Notes: generated from the sequence alone by a model not told the origin. Counted from the first letter of the stretch, positions 12,641-26,900 are shown. The stretch: DNA of 64,000 bases from Mizuhopecten yessoensis (GCF_002113885.1 NW_018405338.1:1176968-1240967), one strand, 5' to 3'. Numbers and translations: made by a program.

Positions 12641-15600
12641 CTACAAAATGAATTACTTTTCTACGAGTATGACTTTTGTTCATAAAATATCAACACTGTC
12701 TTAATTACAAAGGTTTTTTCTAACCTTTCACATCATTATCATTCCACGAAAAAAAGAGAGTAAATGCCTTTATCTGGATAACTGATAATTCCATGTAGTT
12801 TTGCGTTGAGGTTTCTCAATATTTCAGGACACTAGTATCTCATCTTAGTGAGCAGATGATGTATCTTCTATGCATCATAACAAAACACTTTTCCTAGAAA
12901 ATATCTATTGACATTAGAACGTATGAATTCCAACTTACCAACGTTTAGATGTCCAAATAACGGTAATGTATTTCCTTGTACACCTTTCAATTAATCAAAA
13001 TCAATCACCGACTCCAACTTCCGAAGAGCCACAGGATATAAGTGCGTGCGGCATGGCAATCATCACGGTAGGTATGTCATCGCTTGGAGCGTTCGCGGCG
13101 TTTTCAATATAGCCTTAGTAGTAACGAGCGATCGATAACGGGCGATTCCTCTATCAATAGAGAACCAATCGCGTTCCCTTACTATCAGTCATATTGCGTA
13201 TACATCGTGTATTTGCTAAACCACTGGGAATTGTCTCTGATCGTATCGTCAACTGATGTTGATATTAAACGCTATTGTTCATACTGACTACAAATCACTG
13301 AAAATGTAATACCTCTTGAGAGAGATACTATGATACTCATAACGAGAGATCTGAAAGCTGATTCTTATCTGCATCTGAATGGACATAAGCTGATTCAATT
13401 GTATGCATATTGTACTATTGAAAACAGTTGTTCGGCTTCCTGTATCGAGTGGTATAGGTGCAATCATTTGTTAATGTCTTCTGTACATCTTTTTTAGATA
13501 TTGGTTGGTGGAGTATGTCGGCAGGTTTTTAGCCCCAACAGTTTTATAAATTGCCACAGTAATATCCTTTAAGAAGTGGAACGAATCTGCATACACACTC
13601 TTTACTCATTATCAATTTCATATTTACCAATGCTCCTATCAACGCTTTGAATTGCATTTAGTTAAGAGGGCTTCCTTTTCCCATTTGTATTTTGAATGCA
13701 GTTTAGACAAATACGGGTTTCCAAGATTGTTTTTGTTTAACTCCTTGCATTACAGATGAGTCTTAGCAGTACAAAACAGTTTAATGGTGAAGTGTACTTC
13801 AAATTGTGCATGCTGTTTCACTATCACCTAATTTTATGTGTTTCAAGTGTCTTACGTTTGACATTTCATATTTGTGTTTCAATTTGTATTGTATTTCTAC
13901 TGATTATTTCATTTAGAAAGTCGGTAAACTCTGCTTATGGATCATCAATGCCTGAGGTTGGCCGTAAACTTCAAGTTGGAAATTTATTCCTACTTGGTTT
14001 ACATTAATATACTAGCTTACAATATACCATACTAATGGAAAAAAGTAACGAAACTTTAATTGTGGCTTTACACTTCCCCTATTTGTCAGTATGATTGATC
14101 CTCCGGGTGACAGAGAGGTATCGCCACAAATTGGTGTATGTCTACAAAGCATAACCTTGCTGTACGTTTTTATCAAATAAAGACAAAATTCAGGCATCTT
14201 GCACCTGTTATAAACTTGAAAACCATTCAAACACGAACTCCTGATCTGCACAGATACAATGCACAACGAGTTAGTACAAAAACCAGTAATAACCAGAATA
14301 CGGCGGACGTCTGTGGTTGTGAGAGGAATTGCACTTATTTTGCAGTTTGGTGTTCATGCATCAACCATTGCCCATTTAGTTAGACGTCGAAGACACTCTG
14401 GACGTTAACAACCCGACCCAGAAGAAGACGTCCATGCATAATGTCTGGACGTCAAGACAGAGCGCGAGAATGTCTCATACCCGGAATCGTTTTCGGGACT
14501 TACAGCACTAAATCAGCCAATCAGCAAGTGTTACATACGATTGTAATCCCTACCTTTTTTCCCCCGATTAAACACAGTGCCTCTGGATAAGTTAAATGGG
14601 TAATTGTTGACATATTTTTCATTGAATGAATTCTATAGATATTTAACTTTAAATAAACGTATAGTTTTAGTAGATTTTAATAAATGATGGCGGATTGATA
14701 TGGGGTCAAAAGTAAGGGGGTGTTCCCGGTCCACTTCAACGGTTTGGCTTGTAAACGTCTGGTTGTCAAAAGCAGACACCTGTAGCACTCTTATATGCCA
14801 CTAACCTCGCCAAAAACGTCTTTTGGAGCCTTTTTCTGGTATGGATCTATAGATATAGACAGTTGTCACTAGTGCTGAACTTCAAATATAAAAGCTATTA
14901 GCTCAAAAGCATAGTAATAACACATAGTAAATGAGGTAAACGGCGAACAATTGGTAATTGATATTCATGGACGCCGAGTGTGCCCGAGAAGTCGGTTGAA
15001 CCGCTCTTTACAAATGCTCGAATAAGGGTAAAATTTTCAACCTTAATTTTGCATCGATATTAGAAATATTTTATTCAATATAGTTCTAGGTCGTTAAATA
15101 CTGATAATTAATCCTTGGAAATGCTTTAATTAGTTTTTTATCAGTCACAACGGCCCAAAAAAATCACAAAGTTTTTTCGAAATTGAATCAATGTTACCTT
15201 ACTAATTTCAGCTTATTTTAGCGAACTGAAAATATACATTACTAGAATTAAAACAGAGCAACGCTTTGATAATCTGTGAACCAACAATATCTGTAGTAAA
15301 AAAATATACAAAAAAATAAACGAGCACAATGATATGAAGCGCAATATTATGAAGCGAAAAGCGCTTCAAGAAGTTACCGCTTAATAATGTATGTTAATAG
15401 TTTACTTTTAGTCTGAAATTCATTGTTTTGTTATTTATATGTGCATATACACAATTAAAATTAGATATTTCTTTAATGTTATTTTTATTTATTGATTTAT
15501 TTAATATCATTTTTTATTTTTATTTAATATCTACGTGCTTCACCAAACATTACGTGACAAAATAACGCAGTTCACCACAGCATGGGACATAATGTGACAT

Positions 15601-16822
15601 TAAAAACATGTCATAAACAGAACGAAAGGATGTTAATTTATTCGTTTGTGTGAAAGTTCTTTTACAATTAGCAATATATGAACTCAAATAGATTCAAATG
15701 AATAATAGTGTCAATCATGCTAATTGATGCTAGTTCGTCAAAAGTGAAACATTTCAAATGAAAAATAATATTACATTCAAGATAGACGCATGGTTAATGC
15801 AAAGGTGGTTTTTTTTTAAAGAATGACTAAGGGCCAATTAAAACATTCGCGATCACCACTTTTATCTTGTGTATCACGTATTATTTCATATGATTAATCT
15901 TATTTAAAATTGTATTTTCTTCGTGTAATTTATAAACAATATTCATTTATGACCATAACAGGTTTTGTTGGTGGGAATACCGGAGAAAATCACCGACCTG
16001 AGGCCAGTACCTAGCGACTGCCTCGAACGAACAACCCAGGGGTATAGGGCTATCAATCGTATATACTACAGACTTTACAATATTCGACTCCTTGATAACG
16101 TCACATTCCGGATACTCGGCAAACTAAACCCTGTGCAAAAATGTCACGTTTCGTAGTAACAACAGCCTACCTGTCACGTTTCGTAGTAACAACAGCATAC
16201 CTGTTGTGAAGCAAATGTTTATAACAAACTTATTATTCTCTTAACAAGCATTTGTCGCAAGTCTATTATCATCATTACTTGTACGGTATTTCATTGTCAA
16301 TGAATTAAATCTCAAATCCTGTCCACAACTAACTAAAAAGAGAATTTATCGCACAATCACTCAAAGTCTAGTTTTAGTCAAGAAACATGTACAACGTTCA
16401 TTTTGTACTAAATGCACTTCTCTTCAAAGAGTAAAGTACGACACACACAAGTGGAAGAGCCTATAGAATTTTATGATTGATACTGTATCCTAAATATTAA
16501 TCATACTGCACTATACAGCGGTTCGTTCTTCAAGAAGCATTGGTAAACATCAAACAAATTAATTACATTTAACATATTTAAGTAAAATTCCTTATATACC
16601 AGTTGATTTTTGGAACAAGGTTTAAAACATATATTTGCGAAACCTAGTTTTACTGCCAACATTTTTTATTTGAAACTATATAGGGGTTTGGAAATTAGGA
16701 AGGGAGATGTTCGTTTAAACGGACATTCTTGAAAGACGGTTGCAGGGAGCTAGGTGCCAAATGAAAAGGGAGAATTATATCGGGGTTTATTGGATGTAAA
16801 TTAAATTGAACATGGTACTTAC

Positions 16823-16932
16823 TTTATCTTCAGTTAAACACTGTACTGTAGTTGTTGTTTCGTCACATTCCCTATCACTCTTTTTCCGGGAACAACCTTC
16901 ACAATCAATACCCTGATTGAAAAGATCCTGTC
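16823..16932 (-). CDS. LRR-Ly6 protein, exon 6 (N-terminal half of Ly6/LU-like domain)
   Basis: 110-bp phase 1-0 exon, TTGTAG|...|GTAAGT; (G)QDLFNQGIDCEGCSRKKSDRECDETTTTVQCLTEDK contains the CxxC start of an LU fold. Confidence 0.85.
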
Positions 16933-17282
16933 CTACAATATGATAGATAAATAAAGTAAACATTAATATTGAGATGTTGTCGGGAAATTCGAATATTATG
17001 AAAAGCCCTACTCTCTAAAAGAGCTTCACGCTAAACTATTTAAAAGTTTGTTGTGAGATGACTTACTAGATACAGCTAACAGAAATAGCTAACGCTTATG
17101 CTGACAATCACATCCTAGGGAAATAACCATTGCTACTTATAGAAAATATATTGAAATATTTTTAGTACTTAATGAACTATCTAAGAGAAACAACTGTTAA
17201 TAAGTCATAAGTGCAGTGCATAGTGTTAAATAAAAATTGATCAATTTTAATGAGAAGTATAAGAACTGTTTAATATTCCTAC

Positions 17283-17449
17283 CAGTGCATCCACCAAAGT
17301 CAGATACGTCCTGAATTGGAAGATTGTTTTTGTTCGCACAATACGCGTCCAGCACGCTGACGCCAAATGCTGTTGACATGAAGTCGTACCATTGTTTGAA
17401 CTTCCTCATCTCGCAATCACAAATAAGACCGGTGTTTCCGGTAAAAGCA
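17283..17449 (-). CDS. LRR-Ly6 protein, exon 5 (LRR C-terminal cap)
   Basis: 167-bp phase 2-1 exon, ATACAG|...|GTAGGA; (L)AFTGNTGLICDCEMRKFKQWY...DAYCANKNNLPIQDVSDFGGCT matches the LRRCT pattern 'GN..L.CDC....F..W...C...C'. Confidence 0.88.
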
Positions 17450-18551
17450 CTGTATGGAAAGATAACAAAAATGTTTAAGTAAGAATATACTTTGTAAGAT
17501 GTATACCATCAGCTTTAAATATTCATGCTTGCAATGCCTGTGAGGACATGCTTTTTGTTGTTTAGGTCTTTCATTTAACAGTGAGTATGAATCTGAATAA
17601 ATTCAGACTGTGCACATTGTATGAAAATAATTCACTAAAAATTTGATAAAGGGTAACAATGAAATTCATATATCAGAAAAGGTTCACAAAGAAATGTATT
17701 ATGATTTATATTATTTGTTTAAATTGTATGAATAGTAAAACACTTGCATCTGGTTGATTTTGGTCAGGGTAACGAAAGAATCGCCAACTACTCTTGAAAT
17801 CTGGTTATTTGAAAGGTCCCTGAAAGTATAAAGAATCGGCACTAGTATATTTAAACATGACCATACAATTATGAGGCAGGACAACGAGAGGTTTTAAGTA
17901 AATATCATTATAAAACCTCTTTAAAAACTTTGTTAAAATAAGACTTGAAGATAAGGCGAAAAGGTCAGTCAACTGTAGCCATCTTTGATTTTGGGTTGGC
18001 AAAAAAATTAATCAAATTGCCCATGGGAGGATCCTTCGTGCTTCTTTTCGTTAAAAATATACCCAATGATCTAGAGAAGTTGAAACATTTTGGTCAATAA
18101 GAGCACAATGCGAAGAAATAATGATATCTACTCAGTGTCGTCAGAGGAACGTTTATAACCAGCCAGGTTAAAATTAGCCCTGTGGAATTTCAGACGTACT
18201 AAATGACACACCAATCTTGAATTTCGAATCTGCCCGAAATAATACTATGTCAAGCCAATGGAAGAAAACAATATACAACGCTCAGCAAAAACCAATCAGA
18301 TAGAAATTAAGATCTCGAAAGTCACAACAAATCAGAAGTTGTAAAGGAATTTTTAATCGAACTGAATAAAACAAAAAAGTGTAAAAAAACGCGATATTTA
18401 GTATAGAAATAATGTCGTACATTTTGGATAGTTACATTAAAAGTTGGATTTAACTCAGTGTGACTCCTACGCAAGTAGTTCATACGTAGTTGGGGTATGA
18501 ATGCATTTCGATTCGATGGTTGCGAGTACTAATCTATGGGTATCATACAAT

Positions 18552-18712
18552 TGGTTTGGTTTGGTTTGTTTGTGTTTTACGTCCTATTAACAGCTATGGT
18601 CATTAAAGGACGTGCCAGGTTTTGATGGTGGAGGAAAGCCGGAGTTCCCGGAATAAAACCACCGACCAACGGCCAGTACCTGGCGACTGCCCCACGTAGG
18701 TCTCGATCTCGA
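18552..18712 (-). mobile_element. SINE fragment (V-type core plus (AAACC)n tail)
   Basis: GGTTTGGTTT tail, TTTACGTCCTATTAACAGC, GGAGGAAAGCCGGAGTTCCCGGAATAAAACC; a related fragment lies at ~15962-16030. Confidence 0.7.
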
Positions 18713-18934
18713 TATATGGGTGTCATATATCTGCATTTGTCTGGAACTTTTAGAGTGATTTTAAGTTATTTTTAGCAATAAATACCTGTATCTGTATCAT
18801 GTCATATAAATCAAATCCAAGCAATGTCAAGTTCTCAAATGGGGAATCGATGACATCACAAGACATACTAACTGGCATAGTCAAAATATCGACTTTATAT
18901 CACGCAAGGAAATAGAAGATTTTCTGATACTTAC

Positions 18935-19006
18935 AGTGTTGCAAGGTTAGACAAATATCGGAACATTGTAGATTCAATCCTTGTTAATAAGTTGTTCTGC
19001 AAGTTC
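18935..19006 (-). CDS. LRR-Ly6 protein, exon 4 (one 24-aa LRR)
   Basis: 72-bp phase 2-2 exon, TTACAG|...|GTAAGT; reads (L)NLQNNLLTRIESTMFRYLSNLAT(L). Confidence 0.9.
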
Positions 19007-20103
19007 CTGTAAAATAATAAAAAATAATTAAATAAAGGTATGCATTAGATTGCTTTAACAATCTGTTTGCAGTAGTTATGATATTTATCAATATCATCAA
19101 ATATTACGTTTGAGCATTGGATCATAAAGGTAAAATATTTAAAATATATACTGGTAAATATAATTTAGTAGCCGTGCTTGGATATATCCTTCCGCGATAT
19201 GTTTTCCCGTTTGCTCTGTCTTGTTTTTTTTAATCCCTTTTTCCGAAACGGAGTTAACAAATTTCAAAATATCTTTGTTTTCAGATATGCTTTTCGGAAT
19301 TGATTGATGTTTTCCATTCCGCCAATATAATACCAAATTTCTTAAACGATATACATCCGATACCTTTCGAATTTCGAAGAAAGCAAATGCCTTCCGAGTG
19401 ATAAAAAGTTGTTTCATACAGAACATGGATATCCAGAATAAAATATTCCGAATTACACCTATTGCGAATGAGTCAGAAAAAGATTACTTGGTTAATACCA
19501 ACTCGTAAAATAATAGTTGTAAATCATTTGGTTGTAGTTTTAATCCTAAGTTCATATTCCATGTGCTTAATACATCATGACGAACTCTGCAATGATTTTT
19601 TACATATCGATGTAAACCCTGTACATGCTAGACTGTGGCACTGACAAATTAAGTTGTGGTTGGTTACAGTAACTGAAATTTAATTTGCATGGCAATAAAA
19701 CTGCAAAAACAAGCAACATTAAGAATGGTTCGATTGATGTTAAGGTTGTTTGTTTCCTTACACATAATACTTGTGCTCAATATTAAAATTATCCCCCTTA
19801 TATTTTTATAAATAATCTTTGCCTACTACTTCACGATTACCTAATAACATTAGTACTTGCGTATTTGAGAAAGTTTCAGATTTATTATCAGATTTAAAAT
19901 TAAGGTACCAGCTTTATACTGAATCATCTCCTCAATATACAGTACAAGTACAATTCCCCGAAGGGCAAGTGTATAAAAACCCAGTACTAAAACGGTTCTT
20001 TGTCGTATCTCTTTAAATCTCAATCCAATATTTATTTGAATATTTTGTAGCTTAACGAAAGCCTATATTATATTTAAATTATATAATAATAAAAGGAACA
20101 TAC

Positions 20104-20175
20104 AGGGTCCTGAGGCTGTATAGCTGATCAAAGCTTCCACCAGCTATATTCTTGATCCTGTTATCGTTGATATGT
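20104..20175 (-). CDS. LRR-Ly6 protein, exon 3 (one 24-aa LRR)
   Basis: 72-bp phase 2-2 exon, TTTCAG|...|GTATGT; reads (L)HINDNRIKNIAGGSFDQLYSLRT(L), a typical LxLxxNxIxxIxxxxFxxLxxL repeat. Confidence 0.9.
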
Positions 20176-20480
20176 CTGAAATAGCATACATTGTAATTAC
20201 ATTTAACTAATAAAAAGACATTTTAACTGCTAAAATAGTTCTAAAGCAAATTAAATTAAAAAGATCCCTGTTCTTAGGGATATTGCTGGGGTCACTGAAT
20301 ATCGCATCCCTTGGTAATGAAACTGTTATCAAATGACGTCGATTTACTTGATACCTTTCTTTACAAACAAAGTGTAATTGAAATTGGATATTTACCAATC
20401 GATATCAAGGATATACCTTAGGGTAAACAAGCTCCTCATCAATTTATTTAAGTAAAATAAATAAATAAATAAAATACATA

Positions 20481-20634
20481 CAGGATCTTATATCAGTTTC
20501 CATTTCATATGAGAGATATGAAATCAGTTTAAATACTTTCAATTTATCGGGCCCCTGGCGAGCTAAAATGAAAAAAAAAACTCGTGACGAGTTTCATAAA
20601 TATCATAGGAAATGAAAACCAGTGTAAGATCCTG
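20481..20634. mobile_element. Degenerate inverted-repeat element
   Basis: CAGGATCTTATATCAGTTTCCATTTC ... GAAATGAAAACCAGTGTAAGATCCTG. Confidence 0.6.
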
Positions 20635-21269
20635 TTTATCACATAATCAAGATTTGTTGTATTTATGCGTGTAAAACAATGTATTTTCATGCAACCTTCA
20701 AATGTAAAAAGCCGCCCTTTTGACTCCAGTGCATAAGTCTGTGACGTCATGAACTTGTTCTAGGCGTGACGTCACAATTGAAACAATTGAAACTTACAAC
20801 CAATCACAGGGCTGATAAGTCATATTACATAGGTTTATACGCAGAAAGTATGACACGGGTATATTCACTCGATAACACAGTACATTATGTGATTTGAAAA
20901 ATATGAACCGGAGTACTCGTCTCTAAGACTACCGAGGTCATAACATCAATACATGTTTATTTTTCTAAAATCGCCTGTTAATAATATGTATTAAAAATGT
21001 CAATGAAATAAGTTTCATAAATAAAAGTGCTTTGATCACCTTCGTTACAAATTGTATTGCAAAAGTCTTTTCCACAACCACTTTTGTGAAATTCATACAT
21101 GATTTCTTAAATTTTATAAAATCATATGTATGAAATCTTGCTTTTACATATTTTCATAATCAAGTGTGATTTTAGCACCACAGTTATATAAAGTTATAGA
21201 ATCTTGCTCAAATGCTAAACGTTACATACATCTAGCACAACTGGAGATGTTGAAAAAATGCATACTTAC

Positions 21270-21341
21270 AACGTTTCTAGTAAATGTAGATTAAGGAAGT
21301 TTCCTGAATTAATCCATGTTATCATATTGTTTTTCAACATC
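21270..21341 (-). CDS. LRR-Ly6 protein, exon 2 (one 24-aa LRR)
   Basis: 72-bp phase 2-2 exon, TTTCAG|...|GTAAGT; reads (L)MLKNNMITWINSGNFLNLHLLET(L). Confidence 0.88.
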
Positions 21342-21622
21342 CTGAAAAGAAAAAGGAAAGTTCAAGGTTACAGCAATATATATATAACTTATAACTCAAA
21401 ATGAAAAATGAAAGGACTACGATGAAGACTCCTACTAAGAGGTTGAATAATTCAACGATAATTTGAATAATAAAACACTAATATCAAACAAAGGGCAAAA
21501 TAATATCGAACAAAGAATATGTATAAATATAAATGATATATGTTATTTAGAACATTTGATTGGATAGGAAAAGAGAAAGTGAGATATATGAAAAATACAG
21601 ACGTGGAGAAACAGCAAGAGAG

Positions 21623-22380
21623 AGTGACAGATCGAGATAAGAGCAGACAGATACAGAGGCAGAGAGACACACATACAGAGAGCAACAGACATACTGACAG
21701 ATACAGAGGCAGAGAGAGACACATACACAAAACAAGAGACCAACAGGCAGATACAGAAGCAGAGAGAGACACATACAGAGGACAAGACACTAACAGACAG
21801 ATACAGAGGCAGAGAGAGTCATATACAGAGGCCAAGACACTAACAGACAGATACAGAGGCAGATAGAGTCATATACACAGGGCAATAGACCAACAGACAG
21901 ATACAGAGGCAGAGAGAGACACATATAGAGGGCAAGACACTAACAGACAGATACATAGGCAGGGGAGTCATATACAGAGGGCAAGACACTAACAGACAGA
22001 TACAGAGACAGAGAGAGTCATATACAGAGGGCAAGAGACCAACAGACAGAAACAGACGCAGAGAGATATAAACAGAGGGCAAGACACTAACCGACAGATA
22101 CAGAGACAGAGAGAGTCATATACAGAGGGCAAGAGACCAACAGACAGAAACAGAGGCAGAGAGCGTCATATACAGAGGGCAAGACACTAACAGACAGATA
22201 CAGAGGCAGAAAGAGACACATATAAACGGCAAGGGACAGACAGACAGATACAGAGGCAGAAAGAGACACATACAAAGGGCAAGAGACAGACAGACAGATA
22301 CAGAGGCAGATAGAGACAATAAACAAAGGGCAGGAGACAGACAGACAGACAGATACAGAGGGGAACGAGACAGACAGAAA
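21623..22380. repeat. Purine-rich ~50-bp minisatellite built from ACAG/AGAG motifs
   Basis: Unit ~ACAGACAGATACAGAGGCAGAGAGAGTCATATACAGAGGGCAAGACACTA, in intron 1 of the LRR gene. Confidence 0.95.
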
Positions 22381-23312
22381 CAGCTAGATCATTGTTATTT
22401 TTCAATTAATACGCTTATTTCAAAATGTCGAGTTCGGTATTAGGAAGACTAGGAAAGTGTTGAAGGATAAAATAACAAGATCCACGCCCTAAACGAGGAT
22501 GTACACGTGCGAATTGCAGCGACGCTACCTGGTTAATTAATCCGCTTGTCACCTGTTGAGACCTTAACTGGATGTGGTACCACCTTACTTATGTTATCAC
22601 AATTGTATAGTGTCGAGTTAAAATTCTTTCAAAAACATTGTAGTTTATGTTCCTGATATGAAAAATATAACTTTACATGTGTTTGGTATCGTGTGTTTTG
22701 GTCGAGAGAATGCATTATTATAATTATGTTTGGTTGAAACTATTAACTTGTGCACTGGAGTAAACACTGTCGAGCACTGGAGGTCACATCCATGTGCACT
22801 GGAGTTAACTTCAGTGCAAAAGACAATTTTCTTTATCACATTATGTCTGACCTTTCCAACAGTATATACATGCTTTGATTTTCTCCCCTCCCACCTGCTC
22901 AAAAAAAGAAAGAAAGAAAGAAAGAATAATAATAAATATTAGATGTTACCTTATATATATTCATATACTTGTTATTGATTGATCTAAGCAGTATCCTTTA
23001 ACGAAAGAAGTATGCGTTGAGATATAATATACTAACCTATTAAATTATACTAACATACCAACTTGGATCCGTGGTACATGTATAAACATGTATTGGTGGT
23101 CTATAATTTATAATACTTTGTCTTATAGACATATTCATTAAAATTAATATAATAGTTTTAACAGTATTAGGTCTACATAAAAAACATGTCTGTATATAAT
23201 TGGTATGTTATACACAAGTCTTTTTCTGTATGTTCATTAAAAAAAAGGAAAGTTCGTGCATGTAGGTAACTACATGTATTGTAAATAAGAAAGAAATACT
23301 ATGTATGTTATA

Positions 23313-23502
23313 TATTCCGTCTTTGCGTATTACATAGTTATCTGCTCTTGTGAGCAGGTATTGATTGGTATGTCATGCGTTTGTGAGAGTAACGTCATCA
23401 ATTTTTGAGAAAATGACGTAATTTTCTCACACAAACCACTGACGTTACAATCAATACCTGCTCACAAGAGAAGATAACTCTGCAATACGCAAAGACGGAA
23501 TA
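23313..23502. mobile_element. MITE family A, full-length ~190-bp fold-back copy
   Basis: Long TIRs TATTCCGTCTTTGCGTATT...AATACGCAAAGACGGAATA, with TA at both ends. Confidence 0.85.
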
Positions 23503-25289
23503 GTTACTTGAATGCAGATCTGCATTCCAACAAAACATTCATTTTAAATATGTAGTTATTCAAATTGATTTCTACATGTAAATTTAACATGTCTGAATCC
23601 TGGCAAGCACAGGTGAAACTTTGGTTGACATGCCACTAGGTATAGGGGTCTGATGTCAAATTACGTTGACCTACTGATCAGGACACAGGGGAGAAGTCAG
23701 AGTAGAAGATATAATGGTTGTGGTGGTGGGTAATCATAGCACGGTACCAGCTGTTAAACTTTCTTGTTTCTTTTCTCTCTCTGTCTCTGTATGAGGGTCC
23801 TGACATCCCGAGATTCATGCACCAATTATATGTATTATGTACAGGGGCGGATCTATATTTTTGCAGGGAGATATTGCCATTTAAGGGTAAATCTTTTCTA
23901 TTTGATTTTTCTTATTCTTAAATAAATAAACAAAAAATCATTTTGATCTTATAGTAAGTGTATAGGTTTCCATTACAGAATTATATGTCATCGAAGTCCG
24001 TGTTTTAGTAAGAAAACATACTTAACTACATGCAAGTCTATCAGGTAAAAAGTACCCTTACAATGTCTAAAAAAGAGATGCAATTGTTTATTATCCAATC
24101 AAAATAAACACCTAGTGTTGTTGTCAGAGAGCATGGTAAGGTCATCTTGCCATCAAGTAGTGCATAAAGAATACCCAAGTGATATACATGATATGTATGT
24201 ATTTCTTTTATAAAATTCTTTTATTAATAAACCATAAATGATAAACGATCCCAGTCCTAGGATCATTTTTGTAAAGAACAGATATGATTGTTAGTTTTAA
24301 AAATATGTGCATTCATTTATTGATTTAATCTTTTTAATTAACCTTCTCGATTTATTTTGGAAGTTTTCCGATTTATTTTCCTGGTTTCCATTGACCTTAC
24401 AGGTATAAACACTCAGTCATGTTCCAGTCGTCTATCAATTGATGCTGAGGTGTGGTATCAATTAGTGTCAGCCAAGCTTGTTACCATGGACATAACCTAG
24501 AGTGTGAAACTGACCACTGTGTAACTGACCACTGTGAAACTGACCACTGTGTAACTGCCTATATGGAACACTAATTGTCTTCTGGTTCACACAAGCTAAT
24601 TAAAATCAATGTTGCTCAAAACCAGAAATGCTGGACTGATTTTTTCGTCTTTAATATTGGCTTATGCTGTCTACCGGACAATTGGCAGGATTAATTGACA
24701 GGATTAATTGTCGTCACAATGTTTCACGACTAGGTACAGCCTATCAGCTGCCCATATGAACATAGGCGATTGGTCAGTGGCTGGTCATTGCAGATATTCT
24801 AAGGTAGATATAAAATATTGAAAAGAAAAAAATAGCTGCCAAAGGGTAGTTACGTTGCCCTAACAACCATCATTAAACCCGCCACTGAAGTCAAGTTATA
24901 ATTGTGTGATTAAAACATGAGGTTCCTTGTGAAACTTTATTTATTGATTGTTATTTGTAAATTAATCAACTAGTTTCATTGATGTACATGTACCCCGTAA
25001 CAATGAAGTTTGTCATCGTTTAACAATGAAAGGGACAATTCAATAAGAATTTTACAATGGGCAATGTGTTACTGTATCACCAGTCCGGCTGTTTACCTGC
25101 TACATGTAACTGGATAACCCCCTCGCCGACTGTTGGTGTGGGGAACACTGTAGACCCAGGGGAGGCGGTGGAATTGGGGTGATATACTTTCTAAATGAAC
25201 CATAGATATGTATACATATATATACCTGGCGTATATAAATATAAACTTTATTTATTTTACAACAATTATGAAACAAGTTATTTCAACTT

Positions 25290-25475
25290 ATATTAATCAC
25301 TCTTGTTGGACCGGATGTTCGCGCGTAGAGGTCTTAGTGTGGGAGGAAACCGGAGTACCCGGAGAAAACCAACGTGTTCGGGCAGGTGACCCCAACCTTT
25401 TCACGTCCGATCGGGGAATCGAACCCCGGCCGCCTTGATGAAAGGCAAGTGCGCTATCCACTGCACCACCCGACC
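25290..25475 (-). mobile_element. tRNA-derived SINE with V-type core
   Basis: Reverse complement has A-box (GGTGCAGTGG), B-box (GGTTCGATTCC) and core GGTTTTCTCCGGGTACTCCGGTTTCCTCCCACA. Confidence 0.85.
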
Positions 25476-25603
25476 AAGATATTATGAGTTTTTCAGTTAA
25501 ATGATTTTTTCTTTACTCTTTCAAATTTCATATCATGAAGAACTCCTTTCATTATAAACAGTTATTGAAATATGTACTTCAGTCTTTTAAACTTGGGTAA
25601 ACA

Positions 25604-25712
25604 CTGTAGTGCACTGGAGTTCACATCATTGTGCACTGGAGTTAACATCGTAGTGCACTGGAGTTAACATCGTAGTGAACTGGAGTTAACATTGAAGTGA
25701 ACTGGAGTCATA
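25604..25712. repeat. 22-bp tandem repeat (GTGCACTGGAGTTAACATCGTA); related array at ~22750-22815
   Basis: About five units visible at 25604-25712 and three at 22750-22815. Confidence 0.85.
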
Positions 25713-26399
25713 TATGTGCACTTCAAATTGCACCGTATACCAAGCTAAGTTTGCTCCCAACTATAGTCAATGAGAGTTACGCTCATAGATTCAACGAAAG
25801 GAAATATCAACCAAGCTCACTTAATTCTTTTTTTTTTAAAGTAAAACCTCATTCCACAACCATGGTTTACAAGTGTTTTTGGACATGGCGACAAACGGAC
25901 GTTTAATATAATGCTGAGTTTTCAAATAAAAGTAAACCCATTGAAAATCAATTCTCGGATATGTATCTGTTTATGATCTCAACAGTGATATCTGCCTATA
26001 TACTTTATAGTTAATATGAGTAATGGCCACACACAAAGAATATAGAGTATCATTATTAACTGAAAATCAAAACAAAAGATATTTAGGGTCACATAAAACA
26101 AGGACAGTAATCATTCTAAAGACGACTACAAATATAAAAGGTATAAAGGGCCACATAGTAGAAATATGAGAGAGATGACCATATGACAAACACACGTGAT
26201 TGCACCTATAAAACATTGTAATAGATGCAGTATGCCAAAAATAAATTTCACTGCTCTGTACAATATTTTTAAAGGAAACTAAAGAATAAAATGGTCACAT
26301 GATTGTAAAGGAGCAATCATCATTAACTAGCTATAAACAAATGGAATCAATGACCTAATAGAATACGTCATTTAAGGAATATAAATATAAGAAAATATA

Positions 26400-26900
26400 A
26401 AGCCACGCATAGAGTCAGATCCGCCAACATTTTCAGGACTGTGAATATAAGGCAACATAAGGTCTCATAACAGATTAAGAGCGACCATTTAACGGACTAT
26501 GAATAAGAAATATAAGGCCACACAATTGATTTTGTGCCAGCATTTTAAGGACTATGAATAAAAGGCAACATAAGGGCACACATATAAATAGAGCAGCAAC
26601 CATTTTACGGACTATGAATAAAAGGCAACATAAGGACAAATATAAATAGAGCCAACATTTTAAGAACTATGAATTAAAAGGAATAAAATGCCACGCAATA
26701 GAAATAGAGCCACCATTTACGGATTATGAATTAGAGGCAACGCAACATAAGACAACAAATAAAAATAGAGCATTTTCTTTTACAGATTATGAATAAAAGG
26801 AAATATGTGGCCATCCAATAAATTTAGTGACAGCATTTTAAGGGCTATGCTTTAAAAGGAATATAAAGAAATAATTTGAAGTACTATGATTAAAAGTGAA
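26400..26900. repeat. Degenerate ~60-bp tandem repeat
   Basis: Recurrent CATTTTAAGGACTATGAATAAAAGGCAACATAAGG...ATAGAGC. Confidence 0.8.

Noticed and set aside
21452-22405. Cluster of Cys/Leu/Ser/Val-rich or Arg/Asp-rich ORFs
   Set aside because: Translations of the ACAG/AGAG minisatellite.
22852-22894. 43-bp AG...GT-bounded segment as an extra LRR exon
   Set aside because: Wrong length and phase, no LRR pattern; exons 28494 and 21341 already join in frame.
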